Shown: piece by piece, positions 1-9,122 of the stretch
Layout of the letters: each line of letters begins with the position of its first letter
Position numbering within the stretch: position 1 is the first letter of the stretch
Made by a program: the position numbers and the translations under genes
Notes under the pieces: model-generated
What the model was told of the DNA's origin: nothing
Databases searched by the model: none
The model's input: only the letters and a program-made list of their open reading frames with translations
Origin: an uncultured Actinomycetes bacterium
GTDB lineage: Bacteria; Actinomycetota; Actinomycetes; S36-B12; CAIYMF01
Reading direction: 5' to 3'
Assembly (NCBI GenBank): GCA_963843975.1
Contig: CAWJMG010000003.1
Span: 150,001-182,000 of the forward strand
DNA length: 32,000 nucleotides

Positions 1-1
1 C

Positions 2-844
2 AAGGCGCGCGGCTTCCTGGCTGTCGGGGCAGCGGCGCCGCTGTCGGCCAACGACCAGGCCGTCGTCAACCTCGCCGTCTCGCTCCTGTCGCTGTCGCTC
101 GCCCGCTCGGAGGGGCGCACCGCGTCCGAGCGCGGCGTGCGGGCGGCTGCCGTGCGGCTGCTGCTCGACGGCCACGCCGCGTCGTTGCCGCTCGACTCCC
201 TCGGTTGGTCTGCGCTGCGCTCGCGCCCGGTGCGGGTCGTCGTCGCTCGCGCGTCCGACAGCGAGCCGGCCGTGCTGGCTGCCGTCGAGGAGCGGCTCGC
301 GGAGGTGCTGCCGGGCAGTGCGATCGCGGCCGGCCTGCTTCCCGACGACCCCGCGGTGGTCCTGGCCGTGGCGCCGTCCGCATCGCTCGAGGCCGCGCCG
401 GCCGCGGGTCTCGCGGGTGACGACGACGACGTGGTGCGGGCTGCCGGTGTGGGCGACACGTCCGACGTCGACGACCCGGCGGCGCTCGGCCGGTCCCTGG
501 CTCGTGCGCGCCGGGCGCTCGCCGCCGGCGCCGACGGGCTCCGCCGCTACGACGACCTCGGCGGCGGGCTGGAGGCGCTGCTCGACCCAGCAGCCGCCGA
601 CGCGTGGGCGCGCGCACTGCTCGCGCCGCTCGACGAGCCGGGGGAGCGCGCGGATCTCGCGGCCACGCTCTCGGCCTGGCTGGGCCGGCACGGCCAGGTC
701 GACGCCGCGGCCGCCGACCTCGGCGTGCACCGCCACACCGTCCGCCACCGCCTGCGCCGCGCGGAGGCCCTGCTCGGCCGCAGCCTGGACGACCCCGGCG
801 TACGCGCCGAGCTCTGGCTGGCCCTCACCCGCACCCCCAGCTGA
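2..844 (+). CDS. PucR/CdaR-family transcriptional regulator, C-terminal part (5' end lies upstream of the window)
   Basis: The frame is open from the window edge: KARGFLAVGAAAPLSANDQAVVNLAVSLLSL... runs into the listed 137..844 ORF. The C-terminal helix-turn-helix LGVHRHTVRHRLRRAEALLG matches the PucR-type HTH. Third codon positions are strongly G/C. Confidence 0.75.
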   Translation, partial: KARGFLAVGAAAPLSANDQAVVNLAVSLLSLSLARSEGRTASERGVRAAAVRLLLDGHAASLPLDSLGWSALRSRPVRVVVARASDSEPAVLAAVEERLAEVLPGSAIAAGLLPDDPAVVLAVAPSASLEAAPAAGLAGDDDDVVRAAGVGDTSDVDDPAALGRSLARARRALAAGADGLRRYDDLGGGLEALLDPAAADAWARALLAPLDEPGERADLAATLSAWLGRHGQVDAAAADLGVHRHTVRHRLRRAEALLGRSLDDPGVRAELWLALTRTPS

Positions 845-929
845 GGGACTGTCCGGCCTGGCGGTTCTACGCGGCTCCGTTGTCCGTCCTGGAGACCGGG
901 CCGCCGTGCGGGCGCCGTACCGTCGTCAC

Positions 930-2375
<1,446 letters not shown>

Positions 2376-2378
2376 CGC

Positions 2379-2440
2379 CTTTTCTGCCCCTTAGGGTCAG
2401 GAAGTGCCCTTCAAGGGACTTCCCGTGACCACAACTCGGC
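2379..2440 (+). repeat. Left copy of a ~62-bp imperfect inverted repeat bracketing the GNAT pair; relatively AT-rich and hairpin-forming
   Basis: CTTTTCTGCCCCTTAGGGTCAGGAAGTGCCCTTCAAGGGACTTCCCGTGACCACAACTCGGC matches the reverse complement of 3591..3652 at 47 of 62 positions (hand alignment, no gaps). Internal stems: GGTCA/TGACC, GGAAGT/ACTTCC and CCCT/AGGG. Confidence 0.7.
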
Positions 2441-2453
2441 AGCGCCGGCCGGG

Positions 2454-2924
2454 TCAGAGGTCGAAGGCGTAGCAGAGCGTGCGCTCGTCGTGGGCGAACT
2501 GGCCGTAGCGATCGATCTGGCGCCAGCCGAGCCGCTCGTACAGCGCCACCGCCTCGTGCTGCGGCGTGCCCGTGTCGAGCCACAGCGAGCGGTAGCCGGC
2601 CGTGCGCGCCTCCAGGACGAGGTGCGCCATGAGCAGCCGCGAGTGCCCGTGCCCCCGCGCCTCGGGCACGACGTAGACGCGCTTCACCTCGCCGATGTCG
2701 TACGCCGCGTCCTCGACGGTGGCCGCGAGCGGCTGCACCGCGCCGCACCCCACCACCGTGCCGGTGTCGTCCTGCACGAGCAGCCACCGCACGTCGTCGT
2801 GCAGCGGCACGAGGGGCGTGTCGCCGTCGGTCTCGCCGTACCGGTGGGCCATCTCCGACCAGTACGCCGACATCAGGGGCGGGATCCGCGGGTCGTCCGC
2901 GGTGACGGGCTCGGTGGTCGGCAC
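2454..2924 (-). CDS. GNAT family N-acetyltransferase (paralog 1 of a tandem pair)
   Basis: Acetyl-CoA binding motif region VYVVPEARGHGHSRLLMAHLV and the typical C-terminus ALYERLGWRQI. I place the start at GTG 2924 (VPTTEPVTADDP...) by alignment with the paralog. An upstream in-frame GTG at 3038 is possible; the listed ORF extends to 3164. Confidence 0.85.
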   Translation of the reverse strand: MPTTEPVTADDPRIPPLMSAYWSEMAHRYGETDGDTPLVPLHDDVRWLLVQDDTGTVVGCGAVQPLAATVEDAAYDIGEVKRVYVVPEARGHGHSRLLMAHLVLEARTAGYRSLWLDTGTPQHEAVALYERLGWRQIDRYGQFAHDERTLCYAFDL

Positions 2925-3060
2925 GGCGCGATCCTGCCACCGCGCGCGGCGAGGATGCGCGCACGCGACGGTGCTGCGCCCTGTGATGTCGCCGACCTGC
3001 TCGGTGCCGGTGGGTGCCCGGTCGCCGCACGGGGCCACCCGGCCGCTCGGTGGTCGTCGC

Positions 3061-3606
3061 CTACGGCTGCAGGTGCAGGCCGAAGCAGACCGAGCGCTCG
3101 TCGGCATACGGGCCGTACGGCGTGATCCGGTGCCAGCCGAGGCTCTCGTAGAGCGCGATGGCATGCGGCTGCGCGTCGCCGGTCTCGAGCCACAGCTCGG
3201 TGTAGCCGAGCGACGGCGCGAGCTCGACCGCCGCGGTCATGAGCCTCCGCGCGTGGCCGCGGCCGCGGGCCGAGGGCACGACGTACACGCGCTTCACCTC
3301 GCCCTGCGTCGCGAGGGCGTCGGGCTCGGCGACGGTGAGCGGGATGACGCCGGCGCAGCCGACGGGCGAGCCGTCGTCGTCGCGCAGCACGAGCCAGGCG
3401 CCGTGCGGCGGCACGAGCTTCCAGCTGTCGAAGTCGCCGCCGTACAGGCCGATCATCTCGGCCACCATCGCGGAGGCCAGGTCGACGAGGACGGCGTCGT
3501 CCTCGGGCACCTGCGCGGTCGTGGGCACCGGGCGATGCTGCCAGACGGGCAGGCCACCGGGATCGGCACGTCCGCGCACGGGGTGGGCGACCCGAGAAGT
3601 GGTCAC
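3061..3606 (-). CDS. GNAT family N-acetyltransferase (paralog 2 of a tandem pair)
   Basis: VYVVPSARGRGHARRLMTAAV and ALYESLGWHRI are colinear with the neighbouring GNAT. The ORF starts at GTG 3606. An alternative GTG at 3528 (VPTTAQVPEDD...) would give a protein the same length as paralog 1. Confidence 0.85.
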   Translation of the reverse strand: MTTSRVAHPVRGRADPGGLPVWQHRPVPTTAQVPEDDAVLVDLASAMVAEMIGLYGGDFDSWKLVPPHGAWLVLRDDDGSPVGCAGVIPLTVAEPDALATQGEVKRVYVVPSARGRGHARRLMTAAVELAPSLGYTELWLETGDAQPHAIALYESLGWHRITPYGPYADERSVCFGLHLQP

Positions 3607-3652
3607 GACAGTGCCGTTGAAGGGCGCTTTGTGACCCTAAGGGGCCAAAAAT
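3591..3652 (-). repeat. Right copy (inverted) of the ~62-bp repeat bracketing the GNAT pair
   Basis: The reverse complement reads ATTTTTGGCCCCTTAGGGTCACAAAGCGCCCTTCAACGGCACTGTCGTGACCACTTCTCGGG. Outer stem is GGTCAC/GTGACC; inner stem is GCGCC/GGCAC with one wobble. The shared loop core CCTTCAA is kept. It lies in the divergent GNAT2/dxr intergenic region. Confidence 0.7.
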
Positions 3653-3707
3653 GCCCGGGGGGTGGCGGCGGCGCGCGTCCTGCTGGGGATCGGTCACACT
3701 GGTGCCC

Positions 3708-4875
3708 ATGCGCGACGTCGTCATCCTCGGGAGCACCGGGTCCATCGGGACCCAGGCGCTCGACGTCGTCACGCGCAATCCTGGCGCGTTCCGGGTCACG
3801 GCCATCGCCGCCGGGGGAGCCGACGTCGGGTCGCTCGCTGCCCAGGCGGCGCAGTACGGCGTCCCGGTCGTCGCCGTCGCCGACGAGAGCCGCGTGCCGG
3901 CGCTGCGCGAGGCGCTGGCCGCGCACGGCGTCAGCCCCACCCTCCTCGCCGGCCCCGACGCCGCCACCGAGGCTGCTGCCACGCCCGCCGACGTCGTCCT
4001 CAACGGCATGACCGGCTCGATCGGCCTGCGCCCCACCCTCGCGGCGCTCGAGGCCGGCAGCGTCCTCGCTCTGGCCAACAAGGAGTCGCTCGTCGCCGGC
4101 GGCCCGCTCGTGAAGGCCGCGGCCAAGCCCGGCCAGATCGTGCCCGTCGACTCCGAGCACTCAGCGCTCGCGCAGTGCCTGCGCGGCGGCACCGCCGACG
4201 AGGTACGTCGCCTGGTGCTCACCGCGAGCGGCGGCCCGTTCCGCGGTCGGCGTCGCAGCGAGCTCACCGCCGTCACGCCCGAGCAGGCCCTCGCCCACCC
4301 GACATGGAGCATGGGCCCGGTCGTCACCACCAACTCCGCCACGATGGTCAACAAGGCGCTCGAGGTGATCGAGGCGCACCTGCTCTTCGACGTGCCGCTC
4401 GAGCGCATCGACGTCGTCGTGCACCCGCAGTCGATGGTCCACTCGATGGTGGAGTTCTTCGACGGCTCGACCATCGCGCAGGTCAGCCCGCCCGACATGC
4501 GCCTGCCCATCGCCCTCGGCCTCTCCTGGCCCGACCGCGTCCCGCACCCCGGCTACGGCTGCGACTGGACCACCGCCGCGACCTGGACGTTCGAGCCGCT
4601 CGACGACGAGGCCTTCCCAGCCGTCGCGCTGGCCCGTCATGCCGCGACCGAGGGCGGTACGGCGCCCGCGGTCTTCAACGCCGCGAACGAGGAGCTGCGT
4701 CGCGGCGTTCTTCGACGGCCGGCTGCCGTTCCTCGGCATCGTCGACACCCTCACCACCGTGGTCGCGGAGCACCTCGCCGAGCACCAGGGGAACCCCCGC
4801 GACGTCGACGACGTCCTAGCGGCGGAGAGCTGGGCCCGAGCGCGCGCCCGCGAGCTGACGGGACGGGCGACGTGA
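3708..4875 (+). pseudogene. dxr: 1-deoxy-D-xylulose-5-phosphate reductoisomerase (Dxr), reading frame broken by one extra base near 4695 as sequenced (possibly a sequence error)
   Basis: [21 protein letters not shown] (NADPH site), [14 protein letters not shown] and [10 protein letters not shown] are in the frame of ATG 3708 up to ...AVFNAANEE (codon 4692-4694). The expected C-terminus [19 protein letters not shown]...ARELTGRAT* continues in the +1 frame from 4696 to the TGA at 4873-4875. Confidence 0.9.
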
Positions 4876-6221
4876 TCCTGCTGGAGATGCTGGGCTGGCT
4901 GATCTTCCTGATCGGCGTGGGCTTCTCGATCGGCCTGCACGAGATCGGCCACCTGCTGCCCGCCAAGGCGTTCGGCGTCAAGGTCACGCAGTACATGGTC
5001 GGCTTCGGCCCCACCGCGTGGGCCAAGCGCAAGGGCGAGACCGAGTACGGCATCAAGTGGATCCCCCTCGGCGGCTACATCCGCATGATCGGGATGTACC
5101 CGCCCGCCAAGGGCGCCGACCCGACGATGCTCCGCGCCTCGAGCACCGGCCGCTGGTCCACCCTCATCAACGACGCGCGCCAGGCGTCGCTGGAGGAGGT
5201 GCGGCCCGAGGACTCCGAGCGAGTCTTCTACAAGCTGCCCGTGCGCAAGCGCATCGTGATCATGCTCGGCGGCCCGGTGATGAACGTCGTGCTGGCGTTC
5301 ATCATGTTCACGCTCGTCATCTCGGTCATCGGCACCAACCAGGACCTCGAGGGCAACCCCAACCTCACCAACCGCGTCGGCGCTGTCGTGCAGTGCCTGC
5401 CGACCAAGGCCGACACGACCGGCAAGGCCGCGCCCAACGGCGAGTGCACCGGCTCGACCCCCACCCCGGCGTACGCCGGCGGCATGCTGAAGGCCGACAC
5501 GATCCTCTCCGTCGCCGGCACGCCCACGCCGACGTGGCCCGCCGTGCAGGACGCGATCCGCAAGGCTCCGACCGGCGACACCGTCGTCGTGGTCGACCGC
5601 GACGGCCAGCAGGTCGTGCTCACGGTGCCGCTGGCCGCCGTCGACCGCCCGGTCGTCGACGACGCCGGCAAGGACACCGGCACGACCGAGAAGCGCAACT
5701 TCCTCGGCATCGCCCCGGCCACCGAGCGCCTGACCCAGCCCGTCACCGCGGTGCCCGGCTACGTGTGGAGCCTCTCGGTCCGAGCGGTCAGCACGATCGT
5801 CACGCTGCCGGTGAGGCTCTGGGACCTCGCGGTCTCGACGTTCACCGACAAGCCGCGCGACACCGAGGGCATCGTCGGCCCGGTCGGCGTCGGCCGGATC
5901 ACCGGCGAGATCGTCGCGCTCGACGACACGCCGGTGATCGACAAGACGGCGTACATCCTCAGCCTGCTCGCGGGCCTGAACCTCTTCCTGTTCCTGTTCA
6001 ACCTGATCCCGCTGCTGCCGCTCGACGGCGGACACGTGGCCGGCGCGATCTGGGAGTCGATCAAGCGCGGCTGGGCCCGCCTGCGCCGCCAGCCCGACCC
6101 GGGGCCGGTCGACATCGCCAAGGCGCTGCCGGTCACGTACGTCGTGTCGATCTTCCTGGTCGGCATGGGCGCGCTCGTCCTGCTCGCCGACCTCATCGAG
6201 CCGATCACCCTCAACGGTTGA
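4872..6221 (+). CDS. rseP: M50-family zinc metalloprotease (site-2 protease, RseP/Rip1-like) with internal PDZ-like region
   Basis: GTG 4872 overlaps the dxr stop (GTGA). Contains the HEIGH zinc motif in the first TM helix, [26 protein letters not shown] and the C-terminal [12 protein letters not shown] motif. It is colinear with mycobacterial Rip1 as I recall it. Confidence 0.9.
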   Translation: MILLEMLGWLIFLIGVGFSIGLHEIGHLLPAKAFGVKVTQYMVGFGPTAWAKRKGETEYGIKWIPLGGYIRMIGMYPPAKGADPTMLRASSTGRWSTLINDARQASLEEVRPEDSERVFYKLPVRKRIVIMLGGPVMNVVLAFIMFTLVISVIGTNQDLEGNPNLTNRVGAVVQCLPTKADTTGKAAPNGECTGSTPTPAYAGGMLKADTILSVAGTPTPTWPAVQDAIRKAPTGDTVVVVDRDGQQVVLTVPLAAVDRPVVDDAGKDTGTTEKRNFLGIAPATERLTQPVTAVPGYVWSLSVRAVSTIVTLPVRLWDLAVSTFTDKPRDTEGIVGPVGVGRITGEIVALDDTPVIDKTAYILSLLAGLNLFLFLFNLIPLLPLDGGHVAGAIWESIKRGWARLRRQPDPGPVDIAKALPVTYVVSIFLVGMGALVLLADLIEPITLNG

Positions 6222-6276
6222 CGCCACGCGTCACCCTCCGGTGTCCCAGCCGGGGTTTCCGGGAGAGAATGGGCCC

Positions 6277-7452
<1,176 letters not shown>

Positions 7453-7500
7453 CCTCCTCCCGTACCCGTATCCGTATCGGCCGGTCGGTTCGCGCGACGG

Positions 7501-8406
7501 TCAGTCGAACAGACGCGGGGCCAGCAGGTCGGCCAGCGCGCGCAGGCCGCTGCCGTCGCCGCGGTCCCAGGTCGCCAGCCTCTCGGCCTGCGGCGCGGGC
7601 AGCCGGCAGTCGACCTCGACGGTCACGGGCCACACGTCGCGCAGCCACTGGACCGCCTCGCGCAGGTCGCTGCCTGGGTCGAGCACGACCCGGATGAGCA
7701 GGCCGTTACGCGACGACGTCTCGTCGTAGACGCCGACAACGGGGCAGCCGGCTGGTCGGAGCGTCTCGCCACCACGGTGGGTCGCCCGCTCCCGGGAGCG
7801 GTTGTGGATGTTCTCTACGACCCGGTCAGCCTCGACTCCGAGCGGCACCTCGGTGATGACCAGGTCGCCGCCGACCGGGCGGATCGTGCAGCCGAGGGTG
7901 AGCCGCGCCGGCCGCCCGTCGAGCAGCCCCACGAGGTCGCCGCTCACGGTGCCGCCCGTCGGCAGCACGGGCGGGCCGGCGTCGGTGCCCGCGGCCAGCA
8001 GAGTGCCCACCACGGCGTCCGGGGCGAAAGGTGGCACCGGGCCGCCCCGGTAGAGCGAGCCCTCGATCAGGCCGAGCGGCACCGGGCCGATCTCTCCGCG
8101 CTCGGCCGCGAGCGCCAGCGCGCCGACCTCGGACAGCCGCGCCTCGACGTACTTCGCGTCGGCGGGGCCGTCATCGCCCTGGGTGCCGAGGTTGCCGTGG
8201 CCGTCCACGAGCGGCAGGTGCAGCCGCCACGGGACGGCGACGTCGACCAGCACCGGCCACGAGTAGCGCGGCCCGACGCCGTGCAGCCGGTCGACCGCGG
8301 CGAGGACGTCGGAGCAGCGGACGGGCTCGCCGCCGTCGCCCTCGAGAAGGTCGATCGCGTCGAGCAGCGCCACCTCGACCGGCCCGAGGCCGGTGCGCGC
8401 GGTCAT
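7501..8406 (-). CDS. Stand-alone GyrA/ParC-like protein: degenerate type IIA topoisomerase subunit A breakage-reunion (winged-helix + tower) domain, 301 aa, lacking the coiled-coil and C-terminal beta-pinwheel
   Basis: PVLVDVAVPWRLHLPLVDGHGNLGTQGDDGPADAKYVEARLSEVG aligns by eye with E. coli GyrA [45 protein letters not shown]; the active-site Tyr is kept and the preceding Arg is Lys. Downstream colinear blocks: PLGLIEGS ~ PNLLVNGS, DLVITEVPLGV ~ IIVHEIPYQV, VGVYDETSSRNGLLIRVVL ~ ISALRDESDKDGMRIVIEV. ATG 8406 overlaps the upstream stop (ATGA). The listed 419-aa ORF is a read-through extension. Confidence 0.65.
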   Translation of the reverse strand: MTARTGLGPVEVALLDAIDLLEGDGGEPVRCSDVLAAVDRLHGVGPRYSWPVLVDVAVPWRLHLPLVDGHGNLGTQGDDGPADAKYVEARLSEVGALALAAERGEIGPVPLGLIEGSLYRGGPVPPFAPDAVVGTLLAAGTDAGPPVLPTGGTVSGDLVGLLDGRPARLTLGCTIRPVGGDLVITEVPLGVEADRVVENIHNRSRERATHRGGETLRPAGCPVVGVYDETSSRNGLLIRVVLDPGSDLREAVQWLRDVWPVTVEVDCRLPAPQAERLATWDRGDGSGLRALADLLAPRLFD

Positions 8407-8726
8407 GCCACCACCTGGAGGTCGATGCCGTCCGCGGGGATCCAGTGCGAGGGCGGGACGTCGCCCACGAAGACGTCGAGCGGCCCCCAGGCCGTGTCGA
8501 CGCGCACGCAGCGGCCGACGACGAGCTGGCGCTCGGTCGTGGTGCACCCGAGGGCGGCGAGCGCCGCCACCAGCGCGGGCACACCGGCGTCGGGCACGAC
8601 GACGTCGAGGTCGGCCGGGTCGCGTGCGGCGTCGCGCAGGAGTCGCGCCGTACCGCCGACCACGACCACGGCGGCCCCGAGACGGGCGAGCTCGCACGCC
8701 AGCGCGACCGGTCGCGGCAGGGTCAT
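8403..8726 (-). CDS. Minimal Pol-beta-fold nucleotidyltransferase-like protein (MNT-like), 107 aa
   Basis: VVVVGGTARLLRDAARDPADLDVVV fits the hG[GS]-x(9-13)-DhD nucleotidyltransferase signature. A later acidic residue (VRVDTAW / PLDVFV) could be the third carboxylate. Third codon positions are strongly G/C. It is translationally coupled to the GyrA-like gene. Confidence 0.55.
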   Translation of the reverse strand: MTLPRPVALACELARLGAAVVVVGGTARLLRDAARDPADLDVVVPDAGVPALVAALAALGCTTTERQLVVGRCVRVDTAWGPLDVFVGDVPPSHWIPADGIDLQVVA

Positions 8727-8796
8727 GGCGCGACCGTAACCCCCGCGTGGGGCCCGTCACACCGCCCGCGTGTCGCCGTCCGACGGTTCGACCCCG

Positions 8797-8816
8797 ATAT
8801 TACTTGCGAGTAACAT
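8797..8816. promoter_or_regulatory. AT-rich divergent promoter core: back-to-back -10-like hexamers (TAATAT on the minus strand, TAACAT on the plus strand) overlapping the palindrome TTACT-TGCG-AGTAA
   Basis: The sequence ATATTACTTGCGAGTAACAT is the only AT-rich patch in the 8727..8840 intergenic region. Both hexamers fit the actinobacterial TANNNT -10 pattern. The palindrome at 8800..8813 is a candidate operator. Confidence 0.4.
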
Positions 8817-8840
8817 GGGGACCGGATCAAGGAGGTCACC

Positions 8841-9059
8841 ATGACCAACGCCCTGCACCTTCCGCCCGTCGTCGAGCACGCAGCGCACGAGATGGCCCAC
8901 CAGGCAGGGGCCGTGACCCACCAGGTCGCCGTCGCCGCCCAGCACGTCGGGGCCGTCGCCCGCCACGAGGCCGACGTCGTCGTCGACGTCCTGCTCAGCC
9001 CGCTCTCGCCCGAGCTCGCCGGCTTCCACGTCGAGATCACCGAGGACGACATCCTCTAG
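8841..9059 (+). CDS. Small acidic His-rich protein (72 aa) with histidines on a heptad repeat; unknown function
   Basis: Strong RBS AAGGAGG 6 nt upstream of ATG 8841 and strongly G/C third codon positions. His at residues 6, 13, 20, 27, 35 and 42 (plus 16 and 63), encoded by 4 degenerate 21-bp repeats. A stem-loop follows the stop. Confidence 0.6.
   Translation: MTNALHLPPVVEHAAHEMAHQAGAVTHQVAVAAQHVGAVARHEADVVVDVLLSPLSPELAGFHVEITEDDIL
8895..8978 (+). repeat. Four degenerate 21-bp tandem repeats inside the small ORF (one heptad each)
   Basis: GCCCACCAGGCAGGGGCCGTG / ACCCACCAGGTCGCCGTCGCC / GCCCAGCACGTCGGGGCCGTC / GCCCGCCACGAGGCCGACGTC. Confidence 0.6.
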
Positions 9060-9063
9060 CCGC

Positions 9064-9086
9064 GCCACGCGCTCAGGCCGCGTGGC
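9064..9086 (+). terminator. GC-rich stem-loop after the small ORF (possible terminator or attenuator; no U-tract)
   Basis: GCCACGCG-CTCAGGC-CGCGTGGC: a perfect 8-bp stem with a 7-nt loop, 5 nt after the TAG stop. Confidence 0.35.
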
Positions 9087-9122
9087 CCGGTCGCCGCCGA
9101 TAACGCCGCGGCGTCCGGCAGG

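Noticed and set aside
2454-3606. GNAT pair as GNAT-type toxins (TacT/AtaT-like) of a toxin-antitoxin system
   Set aside because: There is no small RHH/DUF1778-type antitoxin ORF adjacent to either gene. The motifs are generic GNAT motifs, and I have no basis for a toxin call.
3651-6221. 856-aa ORF that looks like a Dxr-site-2 protease fusion protein
   Set aside because: The junction (about 4695-4871) is Arg-rich out-of-frame sequence created by a 1-nt insertion in dxr. The authentic Dxr C-terminus is present in the +1 frame, and the protease has its own GTG overlapping the dxr stop. It is reported as a frameshift, not as a natural fusion.
7460-7477. Hexamer tandem repeat CCGTAC-CCGTAT-CCGTAT between the ispG and GyrA-like gene stops
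   Set aside because: There are only three short units in a 48-bp convergent intergenic gap. This is too small to interpret and may simply be part of a terminator region.
8781-8792. GTTCGA half of an SOS box in the NTase upstream region
   Set aside because: There is no matching TCGAAC half-site at the N4 spacing.
8723-9052. 109-aa minus-strand ORF antisense to the small His-rich ORF (Trp-rich periodic translation)
   Set aside because: It has no RBS or sensible start context. The periodicity is the mirror image of the 21-bp repeat. The plus-strand ORF has a strong RBS and a better codon pattern.
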